From: Bacteroidales bacterium
Lineage (GTDB): Bacteria > Bacteroidota > Bacteroidia > Bacteroidales > GCA-2748055
DNA: 64,000 nt
Assembly: GCA_030589895.1 (NCBI GenBank)
Contig: JAUUZQ010000006.1
Span: 898 to 64,897, forward strand
Reading direction: 5' to 3'
This document shows positions 30,505 to 40,554 of the stretch, piece by piece; position 1 is the first letter of the stretch, and the number at the start of each line of letters is the position of its first letter. The notes under the pieces are model-generated. The model was not told the DNA's origin. It was given only the letters and a program-made list of their open reading frames with translations, and made no database searches. The translations under genes and the position numbers were made by a program.

Positions 30505-32151
30505 ATGAGTATCATGAATAAAATAGGAACAATATTAATGATAGTAGTTTTGATTGGTACCTCCTGTACTGATTTCCTGCAAGAAGACAATAGGTCGACC
30601 ATAACAGTTGACGATTTTTATGCTACCACTGAAGGATATGAGGCCTTGATCAGCGCAAGCTATTCTACCATGAGGGAACTCTATTCAGATATGAACTTTG
30701 ATAATAACAATCAGAAGAACTACTGTTCTCTCCAGGGATTAACCTTGCTGGGAACAGACCTGTTTACAGTAGCCAAAAAGGCTGATCAGAATGATATACT
30801 TGATGGATATTATCTACTGACACCAGATCATTCGGCAGTTAGCAAGGTTTTTGCGAACTGTTATAAATCCATTCAGATTCACAACCTGGCACTTGCATGG
30901 GCTGAAAAGACAGAGGAATATGAGGAACTACCCCTGCGTGTTGCAGAGGTGCGATTCATCCGTGCTTATATGTATCATCTCCTGCTTGAATTGTACGGAG
31001 GGGTTTCCATTGTTACAGAAGCCTTTGATGCACCGGTTGTGACATTTGAGAGAAATACGGAAGAAGAAGTTTATAGTTTCATAATTGATGAACTGAAAGA
31101 CGTAATCGAGGTTTTGCCTGATCAACAATCGGACATTGGAAGGGTAACAAAAGGTGCTGCAAATCACCTGCTGGCGGCCGTATACCTTTCACGTGGCTAT
31201 ACCTCCTATGCAGCCACTGATGATTTTGTCAATGCAGAGAGCTATGCGACGGATGTTATTGAAAGTGGGAATTACTTCCTGCTACCGGAATATGAAGATG
31301 TATTTAAGGTTGGAAATGAGATCAATGATGAGATCATTTTTTCAATTCAGTTCGACCAGGCTTCCCTGATTGCAGGTGTGGCAGGGCATAACTGGCCTGC
31401 TACATTCGGACTGCATGCTTCAACCGATGCAGGCTGGCCATACAGGAACGGACAGGTGAGGCCTACGGATCGATGCTGGCTTCAATATCATCCTGATGAC
31501 GAGCGCTTTGAAGCATCATTCATGACAACACAATACGATCCTTATTATGACAAATACGATGAATCAAAACCTGATGAAGAAAAGGTGATTACCCATGTCT
31601 TTCCCCATCCTTCCATCGAAGAGGATCCACTTAATCCATCTCCAGAGAACTACTATTTCCTCGCAGATTACACGGTATTTGTACCGGTGCCTGAAGATTG
31701 GGAAGATGGAGATTTCCCCTGGATACGCAAATTTGATGACCCAACAGCTGTGACACAATATGATCATAGCCGTGACATTTTCATTTTCCGTCTGGCTGAA
31801 ACCTACCTGCTTCGTGCAGAGGCAAAGATACAGCAGGGAGCATCCGGCGATGATGACATTTACGCAGTGCGATCACGCAGCTGGGATGTGATGCCTGTAA
31901 ATGCAGATATCGATACCATCCTGGATGAACGTGGCAGGGAGTTGCTGGGAGAAGGAAAACGATGGATGGACCTTCGCAGAACGGGGAAGCTCATCGAGCG
32001 TGTCAGTGTGCACAATCCAACGGTACTTCGCTACCTGGATGAAGGATATGAACCTTTCGGAGAATCGGATGGCAAGGCACTCAGACGCCCTATTCCTACA
32101 GATGTGATTATAAGAGATCTGGGTGATTACGGTCAGAATATTGGTTATTAA
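30505..32151 (+). CDS. susD: SusD/RagB glycan-binding lipoprotein
   Basis: SC-TDFL lipobox; FRLAETYLLRAEA, ERGRELLGEGKRWMDLRRTG. Confidence 0.96.
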   Translation: MSIMNKIGTILMIVVLIGTSCTDFLQEDNRSTITVDDFYATTEGYEALISASYSTMRELYSDMNFDNNNQKNYCSLQGLTLLGTDLFTVAKKADQNDILDGYYLLTPDHSAVSKVFANCYKSIQIHNLALAWAEKTEEYEELPLRVAEVRFIRAYMYHLLLELYGGVSIVTEAFDAPVVTFERNTEEEVYSFIIDELKDVIEVLPDQQSDIGRVTKGAANHLLAAVYLSRGYTSYAATDDFVNAESYATDVIESGNYFLLPEYEDVFKVGNEINDEIIFSIQFDQASLIAGVAGHNWPATFGLHASTDAGWPYRNGQVRPTDRCWLQYHPDDERFEASFMTTQYDPYYDKYDESKPDEEKVITHVFPHPSIEEDPLNPSPENYYFLADYTVFVPVPEDWEDGDFPWIRKFDDPTAVTQYDHSRDIFIFRLAETYLLRAEAKIQQGASGDDDIYAVRSRSWDVMPVNADIDTILDERGRELLGEGKRWMDLRRTGKLIERVSVHNPTVLRYLDEGYEPFGESDGKALRRPIPTDVIIRDLGDYGQNIGY

Positions 32152-32183
32152 TCCTGGATGAAAATTCAGTAATACAGAATACG

Positions 32184-33500
32184 ATGAAAACGAGAAAAAG
32201 TTTACTAGTCGGAATAAGCATGGTGGCATTCGCTGTGATGGTATTTATTACCGCATGTGAAGAAGACTCCACGGGTCCGGAAACAGTGCCGATCAAAGCA
32301 GAGATCAAACAGGTTACAGTCCTGAACTCTATTCATACCGTTGTCTTTCATGATGATGTCTCTGAGGACATCGATACGGTTGAAATATCCATTCCATACG
32401 GAACCGATGTAACCACGCTGGATCTGGATATCATAGTATCCTACTTCGGATCGATCGAGCCAGCAGCTGGTATCACAGACCTGACCGAGCCGGTCACCTA
32501 TACTGTGACCTCAAATTATGAGACCAGAGATGTGCTTGTGATGGCCACCCTGGTTCCTCCTGCGCTGACTTCTTTCTTGCTGACCTCTCCGATAGAACAG
32601 GTAGGCAGGATTGTGAAGGATACTACAGGATTGGCAATGGATACGATCAAGCTTAAGATCAAAGAAGGGATCGACCTTTCAAATTCCAAGATCGTTGTGG
32701 AATTCTTTGGCGAATCGGTTGTTCCTGATCCTGAAGGGGCTGTTGACCTTGAAGGTGAGAATCCAACCTTAGCGGTGGTGAATAAGGAGTTTCAGACAGT
32801 GTATGCCATCGACATTGAACGCTATAAGGAGATTAAGTTTACCGGTATTATCTATGATGGAAGCGCACACCCTAATGTGCTCTTACCGGGCTCGATCAGT
32901 AGCGATGATTCAACCATGATTACCATTGAAGATGATGAAAATGCCCTGAGTGGTAAAGTAGCGCGATTCACGAACCTGGTTTACTCAGGCAATACCTCCG
33001 GTAGTGTCAACTTTGCTTTTGATGACTATGAAGAACTTTCTGATCAACCCGAAGAAATTACGGTGATCATGAGAGGTAAGGGTATTCCAACACTGGAGGA
33101 AGATTTCAGGTACGTTGAAATGAATGTCTACCTGGGTTTCTGGCGATTCCAGTTCTGGGTAGAATGGAATGGTCTGGATGGCACGGATTATACGCAGTTG
33201 GCCTATGAAGATATACCTGCAGGGCTCAATCCGCTTGAATGGAATACCTACCGACTTACAGCGAATGCTATCACAGGGGAAGTTAAAATTTATCTGAATG
33301 AAGATCCTGAGCCGCTGACTGCAATGTTGCCTCTTTACTTAGGGCCCAGAGATAAAGAAGATTGGAAAGCTTACTTTGGTGATGGCAGCGGTGGCAATGC
33401 ATATGATGGATTGTACGATTACTTCATCATTGAAACAGGTGGAGCATATTCTCCTTCTCAACTGCCGCTGAGTAAGATATTCGGAGAAGAAGAGGAATAA
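32184..33500 (+). CDS. Surface glycan-binding lipoprotein (DUF5018-like plus lectin-like domain)
   Basis: TAC-EED lipobox, 'PVTYTVT' Ig-like module, position after susD. Confidence 0.75.
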   Translation: MKTRKSLLVGISMVAFAVMVFITACEEDSTGPETVPIKAEIKQVTVLNSIHTVVFHDDVSEDIDTVEISIPYGTDVTTLDLDIIVSYFGSIEPAAGITDLTEPVTYTVTSNYETRDVLVMATLVPPALTSFLLTSPIEQVGRIVKDTTGLAMDTIKLKIKEGIDLSNSKIVVEFFGESVVPDPEGAVDLEGENPTLAVVNKEFQTVYAIDIERYKEIKFTGIIYDGSAHPNVLLPGSISSDDSTMITIEDDENALSGKVARFTNLVYSGNTSGSVNFAFDDYEELSDQPEEITVIMRGKGIPTLEEDFRYVEMNVYLGFWRFQFWVEWNGLDGTDYTQLAYEDIPAGLNPLEWNTYRLTANAITGEVKIYLNEDPEPLTAMLPLYLGPRDKEDWKAYFGDGSGGNAYDGLYDYFIIETGGAYSPSQLPLSKIFGEEEE

Positions 33501-33517
33501 GAAGACTTAGAACCTGA

Positions 33518-33548
33518 TACCCCGGGCTTAGGTGCTCCGGGGTATTTT
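33518..33548 (+). terminator. Stem-loop/terminator inside the PUL
   Basis: ATACCCCGG...CCGGGGTAT followed by TTT. Confidence 0.6.
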
Positions 33549-33571
33549 AATACACAAAGAAGAAATTTCCC

Positions 33572-35251
33572 ATGATAAATACATGCCTAAAAAGCCTGGT
33601 CTTGCTTACACTGATCCTGGCATCAGGGTGTAATTCCCAACAGGAGTCAGCTCAGTCTGACCTCGATATGTATCAAGGTGTCGAGTTTGAAATGCCATTA
33701 ATTATAGAACCTGTATTCGCGCATCATTCGGTTTCCATTACAGATTTTGGAGCCAAAGACGATGGACAAACCCTGAATACAGAAGCATTTGAAAAGGCCA
33801 TAGCTTTGGTTTCTGAAAAAGGGGGTGGACGGGTAGTTATTCCACGCGGTATCTGGCTGACTGGTCCAATTGTCCTTAAAAGCAATATCAACTTACATGC
33901 GGAAGACGGTGCAATGGTCATTTTCTCCGGTAACAAGGACCTCTATCCTATAATTGATGGTAGTTTTGAAGGTGTAAAAGCTTTCCGTTGTCAATCGCCC
34001 ATCTCTGGGAAGGGACTGGAGAATATTGCTTTTACCGGCCAGGGCGTTTACGATGGTTCCGGGGATGCCTGGCGAATGGTGAAGCGTTATAAAACAACTG
34101 ATAAGCAATGGAAAGCCCTGATAAAGTCAGGTGGAGTACTGAATGAAGATGAAAGTAGCTGGTACCCTTCCGAAGGCGCACTAAAAGGTCTGGAAGGACC
34201 TGAGATACGTTCTGAGAAGATGGAGGATTATCTGAAGATCAAAGATGCGCTTCGACCTGTGATGCTAAGCCTGGTAAATTGTAATAAGGTTCTATTTGAT
34301 GGTCCTGTTTTTCAAAATTCACCGGCCTGGTGTATTCATCCCCTGATGTGTACGAACCTGACGATAAGAAATATTGATGTTAAGAATCCGTGGTATTCTC
34401 AGAATGGTGATGGACTGGATATTGAATCCTGCACCAACACACTCATCTACAATTGCACCTTTGATGTCGGTGATGATGCGATATGTATTAAATCAGGAAA
34501 GGGTGCCTACGGTCGCGCGCGCGGAATCCCAACAGAAAATACCATCGTAAAAAACTGTATCGTATATCACGGACACGGAGGAGTAACGGTGGGTAGTGAG
34601 ATGTCGGGCGGAGTTAAAAATCTTCATGTATCCGGATGTACCTTTATTGGAACGGATGTAGGATTGCGATTCAAAAGTACACGGGGAAGAGGCGGAGTAG
34701 TAGAGAAAATATACATCAGTGATGTGGACATGCTCAATATACCCAGCAAGGCCATTTCATTCAACCTCTACTATGGTGGTCTCTCGGTGTCGGAAATGCT
34801 GGCCCGGGAACAGGAAGACAAGATCGGGAGTGAAGCATATGAAGTAAGCGAGGAGACCCCGCAATTCAAAGACATTCATATTAGGAATATTCGCTGCAAG
34901 GGAGCTTACCAGGCGATCTACCTCCAGGGACTTCCTGAAATGAATCTTGAGAACGTTTACCTGGAAGACATCGTTATGGAAGCGGAGAATGGTTTATTTT
35001 GCATGGATGCTAACGGGGTCAGTATACATGGGTTAAGCCTGATCAATACGAAAGCTCCTTCACTAACACTATACAATACGAAGAATGTACATATTGAAGA
35101 TCTTGTTTTGAATGAGGCAGGAGCAGAACAAATAGCAGTATTTGGAAAAGAAACCAATGACATTAACATTGACTTTAAGGCTGATCTCAAAGAAGGAAAG
35201 ATCCTGGAGTTAGGGGAGGAGGTTGATCCAGATGCTGTCAAATTGGAATAG
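33572..35251 (+). CDS. Glycoside hydrolase family 28 (polygalacturonase), lipoprotein
   Basis: NGDG, GDDAICIKSG, HGHGG..GSE, RFKS. Confidence 0.95.
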   Translation: MINTCLKSLVLLTLILASGCNSQQESAQSDLDMYQGVEFEMPLIIEPVFAHHSVSITDFGAKDDGQTLNTEAFEKAIALVSEKGGGRVVIPRGIWLTGPIVLKSNINLHAEDGAMVIFSGNKDLYPIIDGSFEGVKAFRCQSPISGKGLENIAFTGQGVYDGSGDAWRMVKRYKTTDKQWKALIKSGGVLNEDESSWYPSEGALKGLEGPEIRSEKMEDYLKIKDALRPVMLSLVNCNKVLFDGPVFQNSPAWCIHPLMCTNLTIRNIDVKNPWYSQNGDGLDIESCTNTLIYNCTFDVGDDAICIKSGKGAYGRARGIPTENTIVKNCIVYHGHGGVTVGSEMSGGVKNLHVSGCTFIGTDVGLRFKSTRGRGGVVEKIYISDVDMLNIPSKAISFNLYYGGLSVSEMLAREQEDKIGSEAYEVSEETPQFKDIHIRNIRCKGAYQAIYLQGLPEMNLENVYLEDIVMEAENGLFCMDANGVSIHGLSLINTKAPSLTLYNTKNVHIEDLVLNEAGAEQIAVFGKETNDINIDFKADLKEGKILELGEEVDPDAVKLE

Positions 35252-35262
35252 AAGAATACAGA

Positions 35263-35291
35263 TTGGGACTTCTGCATCTCTATTTTGGGAA
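35263..35291 (+). promoter_or_regulatory. Putative HTCS operator, copy 2
   Basis: TTGGGAC (35263) and TTGGGAA (35285), 22-bp period. Confidence 0.6.
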
Positions 35292-35381
35292 TACTGAATC
35301 TATAGGGTAGTGCTGTATTCTCTATATTTACTGAGCTGTTTTTTAACCAAAAACTTAAAACTATTAACTAAACATTTTATC

Positions 35382-37418
35382 ATGAAAAAAATCTTTACCT
35401 TAATTTTTGTAGTAGTTTGCAGCATAGGACTTCTGCAAGCTCAAACCATACCTTCTGGTGGAAGCATCCAGGAGTTTATTGATGCTGCTGCTGATGGAGC
35501 AGTACTGGAACTGGAAAGCGGTGGTATTTATACAACGGAAACTCTTTTAATACCAAAATCTATTACACTAAAAGCTGCTGACGGGGCAACGATGCGTCCG
35601 GTTATCTATATGGAAGAAACGAATGGAATTAATTTCGGGGAGGCAAAAAGTGGAGCTGAAATCATGTTTAAAGGAATTGAATTTGCTTCCTTAGACTCAC
35701 GCTACCTTTGTCGTTTCGCTACAGGTGACTCACTTGCTTATCTGGAATTCACGGATGTTGTTGCGCATGGCTATGACAGGAGTTTCATTAGAGCAAGTGA
35801 CCCGGGAATTTTTATTGATTCCATTTTGATACAAGACAGTTACTTCTACAATTTTGATGAAGGAGGTCAAACCTATCGCTTTTTCTATTTTGACAAGGGA
35901 GATTGTCCGGTGAAGTATTTTAAAGCATCAAATTCCACATTTGTAGGATTTAACAGAACTTTTCTGCAGATTAACTCTCCAGACACGAAAAAAACTGTTA
36001 TCGTAGATCAGTGTAACATCCACAGAAGATCAGATAGTAGAGAAGACGATCTGTTTGATATAGATGGTGCTGAAGGTACTAGCTTTAAACTATCCAACTC
36101 AATCATCTCTTCAATAAAGTTAGCACCCATATGGGATGTGAAGGAAAATGTTGTCGACAGTATAATGAATTGTTTCTATTCAGATATCGAATTTGCTGAC
36201 AACATGATTGTAAATACCTGGAGCTATGAAACAGCATTCACTGCCACAGACCCTATGTTCAGTAATGCGGCCGCAGGTGCCTTATATTTAGATCCAGCAT
36301 CTCCAGCTTTGACAGCTTCAACGACTGGTGGTGCAATTGGAGATTCAAGATGGGTTGTTGCTCCTGCAAATGCTTCCTTGCTCGAGATAACAACGAACGC
36401 AGGCATGATGCCTGCGTTTACGACAGATGTACTGGTCTATAACTTAACAGTTCCTTATGGAACAGCAAGTGTGGATGTTGTTGCAGTTCCGAATTTTGCA
36501 GACGCAACAGTAGCAGGAACAGGGACAGTGGCTATTAGTTCTGGTTCTGGTACAGCAACACTGGTTGTTACGGGAGGAGATGCATCAGAATTAACCTATA
36601 CTTTGAATATAACTGAAGCACTTCCATCAACTGATGCGACACTGAGTGAATTGATACCAGATGTTGGGACGCTTGATCCAGTATTTGATCCTGCAGTATT
36701 GAGCTATACATTGGAAGCTCCAATTGCTACAGACACTGTATTCTTTGACTTCACAGTAGCAGATGGAACTGCAACGGTTGTGGATACAGACACTGTTGAT
36801 GTACAATCAGGAAGCGGCACAGCTACGTTTGAAGTCACCGCCCAGGACGGAACTACTGTCCTTACCTACACTGTAACAATCACAGTGCTTCAGCTATCAA
36901 CAGATGCTACCCTGAGTTCACTGACCCTGGATGTTGGAACACTCAATCCTTCATTTGATGCTGCGGTTGAAGCCTATACCGCTGAGGTTCCAGAAGGAAC
37001 AACTTCAGTAACTGTGGATGCAACTGCAACGGGAGTTGATATTGCCACATTGACAGGAACCGGAGCTGTGGATGTTTCTTCAGGAAGTGGAGCAGCGACC
37101 ATTGTTGTTACTGCAGAGGATGGAACTACTACGAAAACCTATACGGTAGATATTACAGTATTGGTTGGTATAGATAATGTTGAGATGGATCTTGCACAGA
37201 TGTATTACAACCATCTGAGCGATCAGTTGATAATAAAGAATTCATCCAATGTTGAGACTGTTGAGATCTATACGATCACTGGTAAGAAGATATTCACTGT
37301 GGAGAACTACCTTAATGAATCCATGGAGATCAGTACTTCGAACCTGATCAACGGTTTATATTTGGTTCGTATGAAGAACAGCGATAAGGGTGTGCAAAGT
37401 GGAAAATTTGTAAAATAA
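35382..37418 (+). CDS. T9SS-secreted beta-helix (DUF5123-like) protein with three cadherin-like domains
   Basis: Beta-helix ending IGDSRW; STDATLS repeats; CTD 'GLYLVRM...KFVK'. Confidence 0.8.
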   Translation: MKKIFTLIFVVVCSIGLLQAQTIPSGGSIQEFIDAAADGAVLELESGGIYTTETLLIPKSITLKAADGATMRPVIYMEETNGINFGEAKSGAEIMFKGIEFASLDSRYLCRFATGDSLAYLEFTDVVAHGYDRSFIRASDPGIFIDSILIQDSYFYNFDEGGQTYRFFYFDKGDCPVKYFKASNSTFVGFNRTFLQINSPDTKKTVIVDQCNIHRRSDSREDDLFDIDGAEGTSFKLSNSIISSIKLAPIWDVKENVVDSIMNCFYSDIEFADNMIVNTWSYETAFTATDPMFSNAAAGALYLDPASPALTASTTGGAIGDSRWVVAPANASLLEITTNAGMMPAFTTDVLVYNLTVPYGTASVDVVAVPNFADATVAGTGTVAISSGSGTATLVVTGGDASELTYTLNITEALPSTDATLSELIPDVGTLDPVFDPAVLSYTLEAPIATDTVFFDFTVADGTATVVDTDTVDVQSGSGTATFEVTAQDGTTVLTYTVTITVLQLSTDATLSSLTLDVGTLNPSFDAAVEAYTAEVPEGTTSVTVDATATGVDIATLTGTGAVDVSSGSGAATIVVTAEDGTTTKTYTVDITVLVGIDNVEMDLAQMYYNHLSDQLIIKNSSNVETVEIYTITGKKIFTVENYLNESMEISTSNLINGLYLVRMKNSDKGVQSGKFVK

Positions 37419-37452
37419 GCCTTCTTTAGAAGCGAGTAATTGAAGAAGATTT

Positions 37453-37483
37453 GGGAGATAGACCACTGGTTTATCTCCCTTTT
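37453..37483 (+). terminator. Intrinsic terminator
   Basis: GGGAGATAGACC...GGTTTATCTCCC followed by TTTT. Confidence 0.8.
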
Positions 37484-37655
37484 CCAATTTTTAGCATTGA
37501 CTTTAACCGTTTGGGACGTTTATGTTGCATATTCGGTATACACGTACCCTTAATCTTTGCCCCTGTTTTCTTCAAGGGCAGCAGCAATTCAGTATCTTTA
37601 CCTGTGGATCGAAAAGGATGACCCATGCATGCATTAAAGCACAGCTAACACAAAA

Positions 37656-38876
37656 ATGAAAATGAAAAAATCAATTTATATTCTAGGAGCGATATTCTTT
37701 GCCTCCATCATGATCATTTCATGCTCCCCATCTCCAAAAAATGATTCAGCAGGAGGCAACGCTGTACCTGAAGCCTGGTCAGTACGAATGGGGGAGACCA
37801 TTATGAAAGACTACCCGGATCTGTGGAAAATCGAAGAGGCAACGAAGATAAAATGGGCTTATGCAAAAGGGCTCTTATGCGATGCCTACCTGGCCCTGTG
37901 GAATGAGACCGGGAATCAGGATTATTTCTCATATCCGCAGGCCTATGCAGATACCATGATCAATGAAGAAGGGGTCATTTATGGCTACAAGATGGAGGAC
38001 TACAACATTGATAAGGTGAATCCCGGAAAAATGCTCTTCACACTATATGAAGAAACAGGTGATCAACGCTATGAAACCGTAATCCATACCCTGCGGAAGC
38101 AATTAGATGGCCATCCAAGGACTGATGCAGGTGGATTCTGGCACAAGAAACGCTACCCATCCCAGATGTGGCTCGATGGACTTTACATGGGATCGATATT
38201 CTATGCCCGGTATGGTACCTTATACAATGAGCCCGAAAGCGTCCTGGATGCTGCCAATTGGATCATTCTTATGGAAGAAAAGGCGAGGGATGAAGAAACA
38301 GGATTGCTTTACCATGCCTGGGATGAAAGCAAGGAGCAATCATGGGCCAATAAGGAGACCGGGCTATCAGAGCATTTCTGGAGCCGGGGTATGGGGTGGT
38401 ACGCCATGGCTCTGGTGGATATCCTGGATTACCTCGACGAAAACTCCAGGAAAGATGAAGTTATTGCCATTGCAAAGAGAACTGCGGAAGCCATCATACA
38501 GGTGCAGGATGATTCTACGGGTGTCTGGTACCAGGTGCTGGACCAGGGAGACCGGGAAGGAAATTACTTCGAAGGATCAGGATCAGCGATGTTTACTTAT
38601 TTTCTCTTTAAAGCAGTGAAGCAGGGATACATTGATGAGTCCTATCTGGTGCAAGCAAAGAAGGCCTACGAGGGGATGATCGACCATCTTATAAAGATCC
38701 GGGATGATGGCGGAGTTGTCATTACACCGGTCTGCGCAGGAGCTGGTCTGGGAGGCGATCCATACAGGGATGGAACATATGAATACTATATCAATGAGGA
38801 TCTGCGCGACAATGATCCGAAGGCAGCAGGACCTTTTATACTTGCGAGTATTCTTTATGAAGAACTGGATAAGTAA
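37656..38876 (+). CDS. GH105 unsaturated (rhamno)galacturonyl hydrolase, lipoprotein
   Basis: GGFWHKKRYPSQMWLDGLYM, GLLYHAWDE, FWSRGMGW. Confidence 0.93.
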   Translation: MKMKKSIYILGAIFFASIMIISCSPSPKNDSAGGNAVPEAWSVRMGETIMKDYPDLWKIEEATKIKWAYAKGLLCDAYLALWNETGNQDYFSYPQAYADTMINEEGVIYGYKMEDYNIDKVNPGKMLFTLYEETGDQRYETVIHTLRKQLDGHPRTDAGGFWHKKRYPSQMWLDGLYMGSIFYARYGTLYNEPESVLDAANWIILMEEKARDEETGLLYHAWDESKEQSWANKETGLSEHFWSRGMGWYAMALVDILDYLDENSRKDEVIAIAKRTAEAIIQVQDDSTGVWYQVLDQGDREGNYFEGSGSAMFTYFLFKAVKQGYIDESYLVQAKKAYEGMIDHLIKIRDDGGVVITPVCAGAGLGGDPYRDGTYEYYINEDLRDNDPKAAGPFILASILYEELDK

Positions 38877-38907
38877 AAAACTCAAACATTAATCTCTAAA
38901 AATCGAT

Positions 38908-40536
38908 ATGCGGAATAAAACATTCATCTTATTAATATTCCTGGTCATGATTTCATGTGGAACTGTTGCCTTTGCCCAGCAGCTGGCCTTTCCGGGTGCA
39001 GAAGGATTTGGAGCCTATACACAGGGAGGGCGTGGGGGAGATGTTTATACGGTTACCAATCTGACTGATTGGGGAACAGGATCATTACGCTATGGGATTG
39101 AGACAGCCACAAGTCCGAGAACTATCGTATTTGCCGTTTCAGGCATCATACCATTGCGCTCAGATCTGAATATTGAGAAAGATTATATCACCATTGCCGG
39201 GCAAACAGCTCCAGGTGATGGAATATGCCTGAGAGATGGCACACTTGTAGTTAAAGGGAATCATGTTATTGTTCGCTATATACGCTCCAGATTGGGCGAT
39301 GAAGCTGGACTGGAGCATGATGCTATATCCATTGTGAGAGGGCATAACGTCATCCTGGACCATTGCTCCGCTTCGTGGTCGGTTGATGAAGTTTTCTCTT
39401 GTTCTACAGGTGATAAGGATGAAATTGATAGTGTAACAGTTCAATGGAGCATTATCTCAGAAGCGCTTGAAAACAGCATACATTCTAAAGGAGCTCATAG
39501 CTATGGTGCCCTGATCAGGGGTTGTTATGGAGCTAAATATTCCTATCATCACAACCTCTTTGCACATAACCGGTCCAGGAATCCGCGACCGGGAAACTAC
39601 GATGAGAATACCTACACCCTCGATCCTGAAGGGCTCTTGTTTGATTTCAGGAATAATGTTATGTATAATTGGGCAGGATTCAGACCAGGATATGATGGTG
39701 ACTCAGAAAGTGTTTGCCGCTACAACTATGTTGGAAATTACGGGAAAACGGGACCAAATTCAGACAACACGGGGTATGCATATAGTGCAGGTTGCAAGCA
39801 CTTCAGGGGCTACTATGAAGACAATTATTTCTTTGGGGAAATTCCTGTAGACCAATGGAGTCTTGTTGATTTCAGCGGAACATGGACTAGCCTGGAGGAA
39901 AACGATTACAAGCAGGATATGCCTTTCCCAACAGGCCCTATTGTAACAGACTCGCCCCAGGATGCCTATGATAAAGTACTGGAGTATGCAGGAGCATCCA
40001 TTGTGAGGGATATGGTTGACAGCAGGGTTATTGATGACGTTATTAATGGAACGGGTGCGATCATAGATGATGAGGATGAAGTGGGCAGCTGGCCCGTTTA
40101 TGAGACATATGATGAGCGAGCTGATACCGATATGGATGGAATGTGGGATCAATGGGAAATTGACAATGGATTAGATCCAAATGATTCTTCAGACAGAAAC
40201 GGTGATGCAGATGATGATGGTTATACTAATCTGGAAGAGTACCTCGATGAAGTGATTACTATGGAGCCGGTTTCTGTTGAGGATAGATATGCAGGCAAAC
40301 AGTTAATTCTGAATTGTTTTCCGAATCCTGTAGATAATGAGTTGAACATAGAGCTAAGGGAAGAAGGACCATCTTCCATCAGGATTTTGAATTTCACTGG
40401 ACAAATTATCTATAGTGAGGATGTTGCAGGGAAGCAACATCGTATTCAACTTGCTGATCAGCTTCCGGGGATTTACCATGTAGTAGTGAGGGGTGAAAAA
40501 GGTACTGTCCATGCACAAAAAATTATTATTAAATAA
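38908..40536 (+). CDS. Pectate lyase PL1 with T9SS CTD
   Basis: AFPGAEGFG..GGRGG, TIAGQTAPGDG, DHCSASWSVDE, RNPR; CTD FPNPV. Confidence 0.93.
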   Translation: MRNKTFILLIFLVMISCGTVAFAQQLAFPGAEGFGAYTQGGRGGDVYTVTNLTDWGTGSLRYGIETATSPRTIVFAVSGIIPLRSDLNIEKDYITIAGQTAPGDGICLRDGTLVVKGNHVIVRYIRSRLGDEAGLEHDAISIVRGHNVILDHCSASWSVDEVFSCSTGDKDEIDSVTVQWSIISEALENSIHSKGAHSYGALIRGCYGAKYSYHHNLFAHNRSRNPRPGNYDENTYTLDPEGLLFDFRNNVMYNWAGFRPGYDGDSESVCRYNYVGNYGKTGPNSDNTGYAYSAGCKHFRGYYEDNYFFGEIPVDQWSLVDFSGTWTSLEENDYKQDMPFPTGPIVTDSPQDAYDKVLEYAGASIVRDMVDSRVIDDVINGTGAIIDDEDEVGSWPVYETYDERADTDMDGMWDQWEIDNGLDPNDSSDRNGDADDDGYTNLEEYLDEVITMEPVSVEDRYAGKQLILNCFPNPVDNELNIELREEGPSSIRILNFTGQIIYSEDVAGKQHRIQLADQLPGIYHVVVRGEKGTVHAQKIIIK

Positions 40537-40554
40537 CACAACGAAACCTTAGTT

